A stretch of 63,984 nt of DNA, filler included, from Octopus bimaculoides (GCF_001194135.2; 6 parts of 6 records of this genome joined end to end with filler, not necessarily neighbours in it), one strand, 5' to 3'; shown: positions 12,762 to 28,549, counted from the first letter of the whole stretch. The notes: generated by a model not told the origin, from the sequence alone. Numbers and translations are program-made.

Positions 12762-12793
<32 letters not shown>

Positions 12794-13709
12794 CATACAT
12801 ACATACATACATAGACATGTTTTTTACTCTTATTTGTCACTTCCCCGGCATCTACTGCTCTTGGAGACGGAACTTAAACTACAGAGAATAAAACTTTTTT
12901 CTGTTTATTTTTTTTTTATTGCTATATATATATATTCACACACACAAACACACAAACGCACATACATACGTACATACATACATACATACATACATACATA
13001 CATACATGCATACATACATGCATACATACNNNNNNNNNNTAAACTACAGAGAATAAAACTTTTTTCTGTTTATTTTTTTTTTATTGCTATATATATATAT
13101 TCACACACACAAACACACAAACGCACATACATACGTACATACATACATACATACATACATACATACATACATGCATACATACATACAAACGTACATACGT
13201 ACATATATACATACATACGTGTAAACAATGTATTAAAGCAAAACGTTTGTCAATTCCCATCTGGAATCATAAATGCCTGCTTCAGTGCAAATATTCTAAT
13301 GTATATATGATACTTAAAACCAAATGCTGGACCACAGACATATACATAAGAATATGTATGAGAAATAAGAGATATAAAGATTTATACGTCAATAGTGGAG
13401 GGAATATATAAGGAAATTCCCACAAGAATATGAATAATGATATAAGTACTAACATGGCGGTATATATATGAATACTAAATATGTATCGCTTTAAATAAAC
13501 AAAGATACAAAGAGAAATGTATACATGCACACATACACACTTATATAAATACATATGCATATGTGTGTGTGTACGTATGCTTATGTGAAACTCAGAGTAA
13601 CAGTTTGTGAAGATTATGTGTGGGTATGTGTGTGTGTGTGTGTGTGTGTTTATTTGTCTGTGTGTGTATAATTATCTGTATATAATTGTGTGGAGATAAA
13701 GAAGGAGAG

Positions 13710-15105
<1,396 letters not shown>

Positions 15106-15114
15106 ATCGTATTC

Positions 15115-15271
15115 ATTATCCCTCTACTGACATAAATAAACTTGTTTCGCGTTGGCAAAAGTGTGTTGATTCTGATGTTTATTTCGATTAATAAAGTTTT
15201 GTTTGAGCCGAAATATGTGCATCTGAATTTAAAGGTTAAAAACCGCAAGAACTTTTTTGAGAACCTTAATA
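15115..15271 (+). mobile_element. mariner transposon 3' end with TIR
   Basis: INKLVSRWQKCVDSD.YFD* resembles the mariner C-terminus, followed by TIR-like CGCAAGAACTTTTTTGAGAACCTTAATA. Confidence 0.75.
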
Positions 15272-15726
15272 AGTTCAGAAGTTTATATATATATACCGCA
15301 AGAGTGTTAGGGTCTGCTGTTAATAAAAAAAAATAATAATTCTACATTAGGTTTCCTGAATGCCATATATGTTTATTGTTAAATCTTGTGTAACATCAAA
15401 GAAATCAACTGTAATTTGTGGTTATATATATTTTGACGCCGAAGGAATAAAATCTAGATGATGCTCCTTCTCAATTTGTCAGTGTATGACCATTAAGCAT
15501 TTTTGGTGTAGTTAACACCATCCCTTGACAAGAGTTGGATTTTTCTCGCCTGTATTCATAAAGTGGTGTGCATGTCGGATCTATTGTAGTATAAACAGAC
15601 AAGGAAGAGACAAGTGGGATGGTCAGTCGCTGGAGGGGCCACAGGATCTGTGATGAGTGATTTCAAACAAAGGACACTAAAATAAGAATGATAATAAAGC
15701 TGAAGTGAAGAACCTTCTCGACTTAC

Positions 15727-15891
15727 AGCCGAGTTTCGTTCCGATTTAAAGGTCGTAAGTCGAGCTGGTCGTATGTCGGATTCATATTTTTCAACTCTAT
15801 TTTCATTCAAACGCAATTGATGCTTGAAAGCGACGACCGAATGAGATGCAGCAGCAGGCAGTGGATGCTTGGGTCTGAGGGAGGCCGGCAT
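15727..15891 (-). CDS. Weak candidate first coding exon, product unknown (MPASLRPKHP...KSERNSA)
   Basis: 55 open codons from ATG to a strong donor GCT|GTAAGT in a locally GC/CpG-rich, non-repetitive patch. No homology recognised. Confidence 0.2.
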
Positions 15892-16269
15892 TAGCAGATG
15901 CTGCCATAGTTATCCTACGCGCAGCTGCCGAACATCCAAAAATCAATGTTTTATTATTTTTATTTTTTGTGGGCATAAGTGAGGATGATAGTAAGTCGAG
16001 AAGGAGTATATAGTGTATATATTGGCAAAAAATATGACCGTCACCAAATATAACAATATTTGTTTCAACACACGATTTCACATCAGGAATCTTGCAAAAC
16101 AAATACATAAACGTAATATTGTGATACAGTTTGAAGCAAATTCTAGGGTGCTGCATCGTAAGGTTGTAGATTGATAAAACACAATTATGTCAATTGATTC
16201 AATATATTGATGTCAATATTATTGATTCCTTTGAACTTGCTAACGATATCATTCTTGCACTGCCAAAGG

Positions 16270-16450
16270 TTTTATCTTTTATCTATTACTTGCTTCAGTC
16301 ATTAGACTGCAGCCAGGCTGGGGTCCCGCCTTGACGAATTTTGGTCGAATGACGCAATCACCCGTGCGTATTTTCTTTCGAAGCATGGTACTTATTCTAT
16401 CGGTATTTTTTGCCGATCCTCTAGGTTACGGCGCCGTAAACACACCACCA
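16270..16450 (-). mobile_element. SINE family B 3' part, degraded
   Basis: Reverse complement of the TTCGGCAAAA..GATAGAATAAGTAC..CAGTC..ATGACTGAA.CAAGTAA tail seen at 24150-24300 and 52530-52680. Confidence 0.65.
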
Positions 16451-16604
16451 AGTTGAACTGTGAACTTTTATGCTTCTTTTGTTCTTCTTTCTTTCCAGCT
16501 CCTTATTCTTTTACTCCCTTCCTCTATGTCATCATCGCATTATATAACATTCTCATTTTCCCTATTGTTTCCCTATTTGTTTCTAATGACGGAATATGAC
16601 ATAC

Positions 16605-16845
16605 TCGGAGATATCCCAGAAACATCGGTAAGACATTGAAATTTCTTCCAATAATAATATCGTATAAGACTTGAGATGCTTGACTTGCCTTAACGTTTGT
16701 TGTCCTCTTAAACAATTATATATCCGCTGCATCGGAAACCTGCAATAACTACCGTCCCGGGTATAACCTTGGAGCCCTAGTTATCCGTTACAGCATTTAC
16801 ATGACGTGCCTAATCGTTTAGACTACTTGCGAACTAAATCCTCAT
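16605..16845 (+). mobile_element. Penelope-like terminal repeat, second copy of the family at 30-376
   Basis: GATATCCCAGAAACATCGGTAAGAC...GACTTGAGATGCTTGACTTGCCTTAACGTTTGTTGTCCTCTTAAACAATT...GGAGCCC...ATCCGTTAC aligns by eye with 30-370. Confidence 0.6.
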
Positions 16846-16950
16846 GCTTTGTACACACACACACATATATATATATAACTGAGGATGTGTGTGGGTGAGT
16901 TTGTAAACCGGCAGAACTTCCTCTGTGTTATATATATATATATAGTGAAA

Positions 16951-17070
16951 GAGAGAGAGAAAGAATGAGAGAGAGAGAAAGAATGAGAGAGAGAGAGAAA
17001 GAATGAGAGAGAGAGAAAGAATGAGAGAGAGAGAAAGAATGAGAGAGAGAGAAAGAATGAGAGAGAGAGA
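16951..17070 (+). repeat. Compound purine repeat (GAGAGAGAGAAAGAAT)n
   Basis: About six near-perfect 16-18-bp units. Confidence 0.9.
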
Positions 17071-19244
17071 AATTAAGACAAGTACGTCATCAAGGACTAA
17101 TGTCCCTTGGACCAACGAAGCGACCAAGTTATACGATCGTTCGTATTGTTTACCCAGACAAGGAAGTTTTCTGCACCAAGGGGACCATTACTCATTATAT
17201 GAAATATTTTAAGAGTTTAGAACCATCTCGGGAACATAAGTAATTGTGTTCCCAGTTTGGAGAAAATCAGTTGCGAACTTCAAAAGTTCTGCGGGTTTGC
17301 GCGCGCGCGCGAAAACATACACACATCCTGAGTTTATACATATAGATAGAAGATGTGAGTGTTTGTGTGTGCGTGTGTCTGTGCGTGTTTGTGTGTGCCT
17401 GTGTGTATGTGCGTGTGTGTGTGTTTGTGTGTGTGCGTGTACTCAGTATATACATATCTTCCTGTGTATATTTCATCGCACCTCGTGACATCTTCCAAAA
17501 CAGGGGAATTAATACAAAATAATTAGTAGTGATGCGTTGGACATTTTATAACATCTGCAGGGTCAACTCTTACTTCCAAGAGGAAATAAGTCTTATGAAC
17601 ATCCCATTCTAAGTTGAGCTATATTTTACAAACACTCACAAACACACGCGTACCCCCACACATACATACACACAAACACACGTACACATATACATGTATA
17701 TTTGTTGAAAATACGTGTGCATATTTCAAGACACTCGGAATTACTAGGAGAGGAGCTAAGGGCATCTGTACTAAACATTTCGCAGATTGACATTATACTT
17801 ACTCACATACTTATCTGCATAATATATGCATCCTGTACACACACACACACACACACACACACAACACACACACGCACACACATGAATATATATATTGCAT
17901 GGAAAAATGCAAGCATGAAAAGTCATATTCTTAAGATTGTAAACCTGGAAAAGTACAGGACAAATACTGAAATATAATATTTCAAGTTTTTTCGTGTTTC
18001 ATTTAAATATATGTTGTTATTGAATTATTTGATATTACCTATTCACACCAAATTAATGGCAGGGTTTTTTACCACTTACAGGTGTTGGTCGGCCCGAGGT
18101 GCCACGGCTCACCAAAAGTTACAAACAGCAAGATCCCAAAATAATCAGTTACTAGGCTCACCTTAAGTAACCTACTTTTGCAATATTAGGAGGTCACAGG
18201 AGTTCGTTCAACGAAAAAAACAAATTTCCAATAGTTCCCGGATGGGGGGGAGGAGCCCCCACCTCATTTTTTCCGAACCAAAATAAGGGATTTACAGCAC
18301 ATTAGGAGGTTGGGTACTTGATTCTACGCAAAAGATCAATTTTTTTTTATTAGTGAAAATCGTGCGGCTGTTAATATAGAAATTGACCATAAAGTTGTTG
18401 TTATTTAGCCTCAAATAAACCCTGATACTGCAACCATATAATCAAAAACATTCCAGCCATCAGCAAACCGTCTTTTTAGGGATAATCTAGGACATTACAT
18501 ACAATGGGCGCGTGATTTTGTAGGGGAATACTTTGGCTGCTATTTTTAGCGTGTCGATTGGTTTGATTGCGTGATGATATTGTTTTGCACATATATGTAA
18601 TATGTATATATATCATCAGCAGAAACTAGAGAGTAAGTCAAAAGCTGAGAGTTTCGTGTATTGGCACTTATCAAACACGACTTTGTCCATTGTCACTCAG
18701 TAACAAATCGGACACCGCGACTTATTCCTTGTAAGCCTCGTACCCCGTCTATTGCCGGCTTTTGCCGAAATGCTAAGTTACGGGAAAGTAAACACACCAC
18801 CATCGCTTATCAAGCGATATAAATATATATATATATATANNNNNNNNNNNNNNNNNNNNNNNNNNNNNNNNNNNNNNNNNNNNNNNNNNNNNNNNNNNNN
18901 NNNNNNNNNNNNNNNNNNNNNNNNNNNNNNNNNNNNNNNNNNNNNNNNNNNNNNNNNNNNNNNNNNNNNNNNNNNNNNNNNNNNNNNNNNNNNNNNNNNN
19001 NNNNNNNNNNNNNNNNNNNNNNNNNNNNNNNNNNNNNNNNNNNNNNNNNNNNNNNNNNNNNNNNNNNNNNNNNNNNNNNNNNNNNNNNNNNNNNNNNNNN
19101 NNNNNNNNNNNNNNNNNNNNNNNNNNNNNNNNNNNNNNNNNNNNNNNNNNNNNNNNAGTGAGTGAGAGAGATACATACATACATAGAGAGAGAGACAGAC
19201 AGACAGACATATATCTGTGTGCGACATACATATATATATATAAT

Positions 19245-19478
19245 GGCGGCGAGCTGGCAGAACCGTTAGCACACCGGGTGAAATGCTTAGCGGTGTTTTG
19301 TCTGCCCGATACGTTCTGAGTTCAAATTCCGCCGAGGTCGACTTTGTCTTTTATCCTTTCGGGGTCGATTAAATAAGTACCAGTTACGCACTGGGGTCGA
19401 TATAATCGATTTAATCCGTTTGTCTGTCCTTGTTTGTCCCCTCTGTGTGTAACCCCTTGTGGGTAGTAAAGAAATAAT
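19245..19478 (+). mobile_element. SINE family A (tail A1), full length
   Basis: Same head, B-box, core and tail as 8731-8967. Confidence 0.9.
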
Positions 19479-19738
19479 ACATATATATGTGTGTGTGTGT
19501 ATGTATGTATAATTAATTAATTTTTCTCATAAAATATATATGCTAAGTCATTTTATAGGCGAGTGTCAATGTTCATTTTGTCTCTTTTTTTCTTGTTTTT
19601 GGTTTGTTTCTTTGTTTTTCTTTTGTTTTAGTCTATTCTCACTCTTTGGCAATCAGCTGCTTTTCATCTGCTTTCAGGCTAGCTAACTGTCTGTTTATAT
19701 AAGCTATCTTGTGCATACATTAACACACACGCATATCA

Positions 19739-19794
<56 letters not shown>

Positions 19795-21020
19795 ATATAT
19801 ATATGAATATATATATNNNNNNNNNNNNNNNNNNNNNNNNNNNNNNNNNNNNNNNNNNNNNNNNNNNNNNNNNNNNNNNNNNNNNNNNNNNNNNNNNNNN
19901 NNNNNNNNNNNNNNNNNNNNNNNNNNNNNNNNNNNNNNNNNNNNNNNNNNNNNNNNNNNNNNNNNNNNNNNNNNNNNNNNNNNNNNNNNNNNNNNNNNNN
20001 NNNNNNNNNNNNNNNNNNNNNNNNNNNNNNNNNNNNNNNNNNNNNNNNNNNNNNNNNNNNNNNNNNNNNNNNNNNNNNNNNNNNNNNNNNNNNNNNNNNN
20101 NNNNNNNNNNNNNNNNNNNNNNNNNNNNNNNNNNNNNNNNNNNNNNNNNNNNNNNNNNNNNNNNNNNNNNNNNNNNNNNNNNNNNNNNNNNNNNNNNNNN
20201 NNNNNNNNNNNNNNNNNNNNNNNNNNNNNNNNNNNNNNNNNNNNNNNNNNNNNNNNNNNNNNNNNNNNNNNNNNNNNNNNNNNNNNNNNNNNNNNNNNNN
20301 NNNNNNNNNNNNNNNNNNNNNNNNNNNNNNNNNNNNNNNNNNNNNNNNNNNNNNNNNNNNNNNNNNNNNNNNNNNNNNNNNNNNNNNNNNNNNNNNNNNN
20401 NNNNNNNNNNNNNNNNNNNNNNNNNNNNNNNNNNNNNNNNNNNNNNNNNNNNNNNNNNNNNNNNNNNNNNNNNNNNNNNNNNNNNNNNNNNNNNNNNNNN
20501 NNNNNNNNNNNNNNNNNNNNNNNNNNNNNNNNNNNNNNNNNNNNNNNNNNNNNNNNNNNNNNNNNNNNNNNNNNNNNNNNNNNNNNNNNNNNNNNNNNNN
20601 NNNNNNNNNNNNNNNNNNNNNNNNNNNNNNTATATATATATATATATATTCATAGATATATATACACATACAGAGATTTAAATCGTATTTTTTATATATC
20701 TCTACACACATATACATAGATGCATATACGTATATGTGTGTGTATGTACGTATGTATGTTTGTATATATATAGATATATATGTGCATATATATGTGTGCG
20801 TGTGTGTATGTGTGTTTGTGTCTGTAACACATATTTCCGTATACGAATACAAACACGCATATGTATGGTAGGATACACATATACGCATATGCACCTGCAC
20901 ACACATACATATATGCATATATATGCATACGCCCGCATGTGCGTTCCAATATACATCTATACTGCGTTCAGACATACATTTATGAATTTGTGTTTTCATG
21001 AGTCTAAAGATGCGTGTGTG

Positions 21021-21067
<47 letters not shown>

Positions 21068-21294
21068 TTGTATGTGTGAAGTCAGATGGTTTTGCTATTA
21101 GGACGACAACATAGTGAGTGGATAATTGAATTATTACACAATTAGACAAGTATGACACACGCACATGCGTGATGAATAATAAATAGAAGATATATTCTAT
21201 AACAAAAGTACCGAAAACATCACAAGAAGAATAAAAGCAAGAACGCAACAAAAATAAATATAAATAAATAAATAAATACATAAACAGACTTAAT

Positions 21295-21623
21295 ATATCA
21301 TCAATGCGAGCAGCACTGCCACCACCACCATCATTACCACCATCACCACCATCAGGATCATCGTTGTCATCGTCATCGTCATTGTCATCGTCATGGGGGT
21401 CGACGTCGTCATCGCTATTATCAACATTTTTGTCATCACCATCACTATCAGCCACATCATCATCATCACCTTGACCGTCGTCGTCGTTCTCATCAACGTC
21501 ATCGTTATCATCATCGCCACTATCGTCATCCATCGTCGTCGTCGTCGTCGTCATCAGATCATCATTACCATCATCATTAACATCTTCAGCATTATCATCA
21601 TCATTAGCATCACAACCGCTATC

Positions 21624-21655
<32 letters not shown>

Positions 21656-21731
21656 CGTTATCACCATCATCGTTTCATCATCACCATCATCATCATCACC
21701 ATCATCGTTTCATCATCGTCATCGTCATCAC

Positions 21732-21774
<43 letters not shown>

Positions 21775-21840
21775 GTCATCGTGATGACAACTGCAACGGC
21801 AGCAGCAGTAGCAGCGACAACAACATCAATCATAATAGCG
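21295..21840. repeat. Long degenerate (ATC/GTC/ACC)n trinucleotide array
   Basis: Seen directly; it produces the poly-His/Ile/Asp ORFs in the track. Confidence 0.9.
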
Positions 21841-21949
21841 TAAATATTAACCTAAAATTGCCAAAAAATATATAATAAAAAAATCAGAAACAAACGCAAT
21901 GGGGAATTCTTTTGAAGACATCTTGGAATATGAAGTTTGTTTATGAATA

Positions 21950-21973
21950 TGTTGTTTTTTTTGTTATTGTTGC

Positions 21974-22016
<43 letters not shown>

Positions 22017-22288
22017 ACTGTTGCTGTTCATTATCTTCCTGTTATTGCTGCTGCTACAGTTGCTGCTGCTGCCGGTGCCCCTGCTGCTGTGGCTGCTACC
22101 GCTGTCGCTCATACTGTACTTTATATATTTCGCCATCTTGATTTTTTTCATTTTTTTTTTCTATTTCCTAACGTTTTTTGCAATTATTATTGTTGTTGAC
22201 GCCGTTGTTGTTGTTGTTGTTTAGTTGGGTTTTCTTGTTGTTGTTTATGCTGTTAATAATGATGACATTCATTATTATTATGATGATG

Positions 22289-22331
<43 letters not shown>

Positions 22332-22431
22332 GTAGTAGTAGTAGTAGTAGTAGTATTATCATCATTATTATTATTATTATTATCATTATGATTATTACTA
22401 TTATTATTATTGCTATTATTATTATCATTAA

Positions 22432-22483
<52 letters not shown>

Positions 22484-22510
22484 TGTTGTTGCTGTTGTTG
22501 TTGTTGTTAT
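21950..22510. repeat. Compound trinucleotide array (GTT)n,(GCT)n,(ATT)n,(AGT)n
   Basis: Seen directly. Confidence 0.9.
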
Positions 22511-23080
22511 TCCTGTAGTTGTAGGTGCCTTGATATACGTCTTGTGTTGCGCTGCTAGGCTTCATTCTTTTCTTTCTTTTCTTGCTTCTATTTCTTCGAC
22601 TGTATTGAACAAATGAAGCCTTAATGAGATCTTGTATATGTGGCGCCCCCTACACGTGTATAGATTTGTATTTATGTTACTATAGCTACTCATGTAGACA
22701 TACAAACATAGATACGTATACATGTGTGCGTTTGTGTGTCTGTGCTTTCTGCGTGCATGTATGTATGTATGTATGTATGTATGCATGTATGTATTAGAAT
22801 GCAAGTGTTCATATTATATATGTATTCTCCATTTGAAATGTGCTTTATACATATGTGTGTTGGTGTGATAAGCGGTGGAATGTATGTCTGTGTGAATGTG
22901 TTTCTGTGTATGTGCCTGTGTGTGTGTGCCTGTGTCTGTACGTGTGTGTATGTGTGTGACACTGTTAAATTATAAAGTTTAAATGTATTTTGCATAAATG
23001 GATTCTTACTTTACGTTTTATTAATACACACGCACTCAATTACACACATTTAAATACACACATACATACACGCCTATACA

Positions 23081-23142
<62 letters not shown>

Positions 23143-23381
23143 TGTGTGCCTCTGTGTGTGTCTGTGAGTGCATTTAATAACCTCAATGCATAAGAGAGTC
23201 TAAGCGCCATTGAGAAGGTCTTCAAACTAAAACCGAAATCTCTATTATCCAGTTTTCAATCACGTGCACCCCACTTCCAATAACTCGCCAAATTTTCTTT
23301 CCACCTCCTTCACCTCCCTGTTCGCTCTTTCCCTCTCTACTTGTCCCTCCCTCTCCGTCTTTCTACCTCCCTCTCTTTCTT

Positions 23382-23450
<69 letters not shown>

Positions 23451-23974
23451 CTCAGAGTCTCTATTCTATTCCAAATTCCGGTTTTCCACAGATTTCCTTA
23501 TTTCCTTTAAAGCTTGATTGCGTATTTCATGGCATAGTCACTTACACATTAAACATAGAGATAAACGTACGCACTGACACACATACACACGCACACACGC
23601 AAGCACACATTCACAAAATCACACACACACACATACATACAAACCCATAAACACACACACATATATAATGTGTGAATACATATATTCATGCGTTCGTACA
23701 TATAGGGAAACACCTTTTCTTCTAGCTATGTTTTATTAATAAGAAAACATGTTCTTGTATTAATTCTTTTATTGGGTATGTTTTTCGTTAGATTCCTACG
23801 AGTTTCTTGTAGTTCGATTAGGCTCGTCATTATAGTAATCCAAATACAAGGGACTCACACGAAATATGGAAATGGTCTAATCAACTTGAAATTGAAACTG
23901 AAGTCACATGTTTAACAAAAGATTACACACACACCCACATACACACACACACACACACACACACNNNNNNNNNN

Positions 23975-24300
23975 GGCACATTGGGCAATTGTATTTTGCT
24001 ATAGCATCGGGCCGACCAAAGCCTTGTGTGTCGATCTGGTAGACAGAAACTGAAAGAACCCTGTCGTATATATATATATATATATATGTGTGTGTATGTG
24101 TATGTGTGTGTATTTGTCTGTTTGTGTCTGTGTTTGCTCCCCTATCATCACTTGACAACTTAGTGGTTCGGCAAAAAAGTCTTATAGAATAAGTACTAGG
24201 CTTACAAAGAATAAGTCCAGGAGTCGATTTCTTCGACTAAAAGGCGGTGCTCCATCATGGCCTCAGTCAAATGACTAAAACAAGTTAAAGAATGAAAGAA
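23975..24300 (+). mobile_element. SINE family B with internal (AT)n(GT)n microsatellite
   Basis: GGGCCGACCAAAGCCTTGTG..GGTAGACAGAAACTGAAAGAA, then microsatellite, then TTCGGCAAAA..AATAAGTACTAGGCTTACAAAGAATAAGTCC..GGCGGTGCTCC..CAGTCAAATGACT. Paralogue at 52180-52680. Confidence 0.85.
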
Positions 24301-24445
24301 GATATATATGTATATATATTATTTTGTTTTTTTTTATTCTTTCAGTCAGTTGACTACGGCCATGATGGAGCACCGCCTCAAAGGGATATAGTCGAACAAA
24401 TCGACCACAGGTCATTTTTTGAAGCTTAGTACTTATTTTAAGGCC

Positions 24446-25560
24446 ACTTTTAATTTAAACACCAAATTAAATTACTCTTATCGCTAACCAAATCAAACAT
24501 TACAATATATAAATGTTTCTTCTAATCGTCTTAAATTAACCCTTGATTATATCATTACGGCTATCTCTTTTAGAGATAAAATCTTCAACCTATCGGCAAA
24601 TGAGATCTTTAATGCACATGCCCCCTTTTATAATGATGCCCTAAAATTAAGCGACTTTCATGATAATATTTTCTACATCCCTGACACCAAGCTCAAAACC
24701 AAATTAGCTAATCTCCCATCTGACATTTCTTCCTTGAATTATAAACGTATAAGAATACCTTTTGTTAACCATACTAAACTTCATAACGTCTCTTTTAGTA
24801 ATCGTAACAAATACAGTCCCTCTATATCTGAACACCCTAACGTAGTAACACTCTAAATCTAGAAAAAGAGCGATTATTTGATTACACTCCCACACACACC
24901 TATTCTCTCAGAGTCAAAAATTTATCAAAACTGTTCTTTTAGATTCTGAAATTAAGTTTTCCTAAGCACCACAAATATTACCCCATATTTAACAAACACT
25001 CTATAAAATGATCATCATCTATCACGCCTATTATTGCATCCACAAATAGAAATAATCTCCAACTTCAAATGACTAAAAGCATAGATCACCATAAGGTGCT
25101 CCATATAAGTCAAAATAAAATCAATAAAACAAAAGAAGTCTATCTAAATCTAAACGCAATCAATCCCAACTAAACATAGGCCAACCCGACTCAACCTTAA
25201 TAAATCCGAATTAAATTAAAGATAAGAAGGCAAAGACTTGTAATTGTAGGGTCCCCGAATTATGTCCGCACGCTGGATTCTGTTTATGAAAAAAACGTAA
25301 TTTATAAATGCAGCGTAGCAAATGGCAAGCAACAAATAAGAGAATAAACAAGAAACACCATAGGGTTTTAAGAGACGATATAGAACCCATTTAAATTCTT
25401 TCAGTAAGCTAAAATATTAAAACTCACGGCACTAGCTAGATACATACATGATTTAAAATTACAGGTTTACTAAAGATAAGCCTCCCCACCCCCATACAAT
25501 AGGATTATGGGCAGATGTAGAATGTGGATAAAAGAGTCATACAATATCGTTCGCTTGTAT
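24446..25560 (+). mobile_element. Penelope-like retroelement fragment: end of RT/thumb, linker and GIY-YIG endonuclease
   Basis: PNQTLQYINVSSN; EIFNAHAPFYNDALKLSDF; RKRAII..; FPKHHKYYPIFNKHSIK; KTCNCRVPELCPHAGFCL.KNVIYKCSV; FKRRYRTHLNSF; TALARYIHDLK. These match the PLE consensus order; multiple stops. Confidence 0.85.
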
Positions 25561-26025
25561 AATTCTACCGTATTAAATAAGTTTTCCGAATAAGTATTCC
25601 AAACTAGGCTATATCAGAAAATTTCATGGAACAGTTATTATTCTGTAAGTAAACATTAAGAGCACTCTCTGTGTTGTTTGATTCCTGAAATACTCTTGTT
25701 CTAATAAAAAAAAAAGGAAAAGCAAAAACTTTTCATGTATTTCCACCAGACTAATTACTTCCATCTTTAATGAAATGCCTCTCTTTTCATGTACAGATAT
25801 GATATATCTTATAGGTAAAATCATGCTGAAAATGTTCTATAAATAATGAAATATTGCTATACATGACAACCACCAACTAGAAATTATTCCTTAATATGGA
25901 ATCCAAATTTCCTATTAAGAGCCACGTGATATCAGAAGTTAGTTACGTCCCTTGTATTAATAGCCACAACCCATAGGGTCCNNNNNNNNNNNNNNNNNNN
26001 NNNNNNNNNNNNNNNNNNNNNNNNN

Positions 26026-26037
26026 TTAATTAATTAA
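26026..26037. other. Artificial scaffold spacer 44N-TTAATTAATTAA-44N (also at 48112-48123, 55820-55831, 61194-61205, 62536-62547)
   Basis: The identical 12-mer sits centred in 100-bp gaps five times and contains stop codons in all six frames. Confidence 0.95.
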
Positions 26038-26115
26038 NNNNNNNNNNNNNNNNNNNNNNNNNNNNNNNNNNNNNNNNNNNNGAGAGAGAGAGAGAGAGAG
26101 AGGGACAGAGATAAT

Positions 26116-26159
<44 letters not shown>

Positions 26160-28074
26160 AATACATATACGTACGTATATATTTATGTATTTAAATAGGT
26201 ACATATGTATACAGTTATAATGTGGCATATCATCTACAGCTGATTGGTCAGAAGTTGGGACGTGTGTGAATAGCGCTACACCTTCCTGCTATTTCTGGTC
26301 TTTGGCTGTATATTTAACCGCCAGGATTTGCAGTCTATGTCGTTCTCCGTTTATTCCTATTTCACTACACCTTAGCCATGTCGATTATAGTGCTCCATAG
26401 TTAATATATCAATGGATTATAAAATGCAGCCGTTATTATAGAACTCTTGCTAGAAATTATGAAGCAACGGTATATGTGTTTTGCTCTTTCTGGATACATG
26501 AGTGATATGACATCAAGCATGCCTTCGATCTATTCCCAGTTTGACCACAGAATTAATGGTGAAATTAAATCGAAAGGATTCCTTCGACAGCCCGCTGAAT
26601 GGACAACAGCTTCCTTTGGTTAGAAGCCTTAGTCTATAACCCGGTTTGTACAACACTCCATGATTTTGGTATAACTTTATCGGACTGCACTCTGTTACAA
26701 TCGTTTGCATAAGGTTTTTGATTCAGAAGGTAATGTGATATTCAGATCCTCTCCCTCAGATCCTCTCCCTGAAGCAACAGATGTGTTACGGTTTTTACCT
26801 CGCGTTCCTGGTCAGTCTCCCAAGACCTGCAAAACACCATGAAGATTTTATATGCTATTTCTATTGCAACAAAGCCATAAATGGAATTACAATGATCATT
26901 GATCTATTTTTCCTTTAGTTTTAATATATTTATCACGTTCATAGTTCTGCTTAGGTGATTAATTACCAGAATCGATAGAATATCGAACAAAATACTTCGT
27001 TTGGTTTTATTACATCCATTTACGTTCTCTGTTCCAATTCCAAAGAGGTCACCTTTGGCTTTCAGCCTTCCGGGATCGATAAAATATCGCACAAGTCAAA
27101 GACTGCGATCGATCAAATCGACTATATCTTCCCCCAAATTTGTGGTTTTGAGCCAATATTAGTAATCGATATTATGACTGTTATTTTTGTTGCTTTTTCT
27201 CTTGTTATTGCTGTTGTTGTTCTCATTATCGGTATTAAAATAACAAAGTGACGAAATTAGTAGTGTGCTGGTTAACAGGGTGGTCTGCAGGCGCCAGGAA
27301 CAGGGTGCGAGACACAATAGCAAGCAATGAAACTTAGAATACATAGAAGGCTTGACAAAATGGTGGGCTACGAAAGACAGAATTGACTCCTGACTGGAAA
27401 ATATGGCAGCTTGTGTAAGGTAGAACTGGTTAAGTATTGGGGACTAGGTGTGGTGTCGGACGCAGATTGCATCTTCATCTAATTCTTATTCTGATAGTCT
27501 CTTAAACTATACCGCTAACAAGATGTCGTTAAGCGCTCATAATTACAAACAGGAATACAAAGTCACAGACACGCACGTACATCTCCCACACACACAAACA
27601 CACACACACTCTCGTACACACATATAAGCATGTATGTATACGCATATGTATGTATGCATATACGACAAGAAAACACATTTACTTGCCCGAAGTTCGCTGA
27701 GAAGCCATTGATCCGCCTGCGGTTACGGAAGAAGGCACTTTTTGTGCGCAGTGCGTAGAACGTTCATTAAAAATAGCATGGAATATTTAGCTATGAGTTC
27801 AAATCCCATCGTCGTCAGTATTTAGATTGTAGCCTTCTGATGTCTTAATAATGTAACGACCACATAAGTTAACATACGCTATATCTGATTTCATCAAGGG
27901 CGTCTGGATTTGGGTCTGTAGTCTTGCGTGTAGGTAATTTCTAAAAACAACATGTGTGATCTGCAACTCCAAGCATTTTTTTCCAAAGGAACACTCGACA
28001 TAGAATAAAATAATCGAAACCACTTTAGAGAGAAAAAAGGAGGTACAGAGAGAAGATATATAGATATCATCATC

Positions 28075-28150
28075 ATCATCATCATCGTTTAACGTCCGCT
28101 TTCCATGCTAGCATGGGTTGGACGATTTGACTGAGGACTGGTGAAACCGG
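28075..28150 (-). mobile_element. 3' end of a retroposon (SINE/RTE-type) with (GAT)n tail, cut by a gap
   Basis: (CAT)n followed by CGTTTAACGTCCGCTTTCCATGCTAGCATGGGTTGGACG; resembles a recalled octopus retroposon 3' end. Confidence 0.55.
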
Positions 28151-28160
28151 NNNNNNNNNN

Positions 28161-28210
<50 letters not shown>

Positions 28211-28339
28211 AAGAGAAAGAAAAAAGGTTCGAGAGTTAGATAAGGAAAATGAGAATTCACCGCTAGTACTGGTTTAGCGTCAGCGTACTTTACTCCATAT
28301 CGTTTCCAGTAATTGAATAAATATGATTCAAATATTGTT

Positions 28340-28549
28340 TTCTACTCAAGGCACAAGGCCAGAAACTTTTGGGGAGGGAGCCAGTCGATTAGATCCACTC
28401 TAGTAAGCAGGTGGTATTTAATATATTGACCCCGAAATATGAAAGGCAAAGTCGACCTCAGTGGAATTTGAACTGAGAACGTAAAGACAGACGAAATACC
28501 GCTAAGCATTTTGCCTGGCATGCTAACGTTTCTGCCAGCTCGACGCCTT
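28340..28549 (-). mobile_element. SINE family A (tail A2) with probable TSD
   Basis: Reverse complement of the family A head and core. AATATGATTCAAATA (~28320-28335) and AATATGGTTCAAATA (~28550-28565) flank it. Confidence 0.88.

Noticed and set aside
12875-13190. Direct duplication of ~155 bp around a 10-N gap
   Set aside because: Identical sequence on both sides of a minimal gap is the signature of an unmerged contig overlap, not a real tandem duplication.
21290-21560. Asp-rich ORF (DDDSGDDDNDD...) resembling acidic biomineralisation proteins; similar frame at 61902-62165
   Set aside because: It is the minus strand of a degenerate (ATC)n array. Almost every frame is open, there is no signal peptide or credible splice context, and it runs into (CA)n and gaps.
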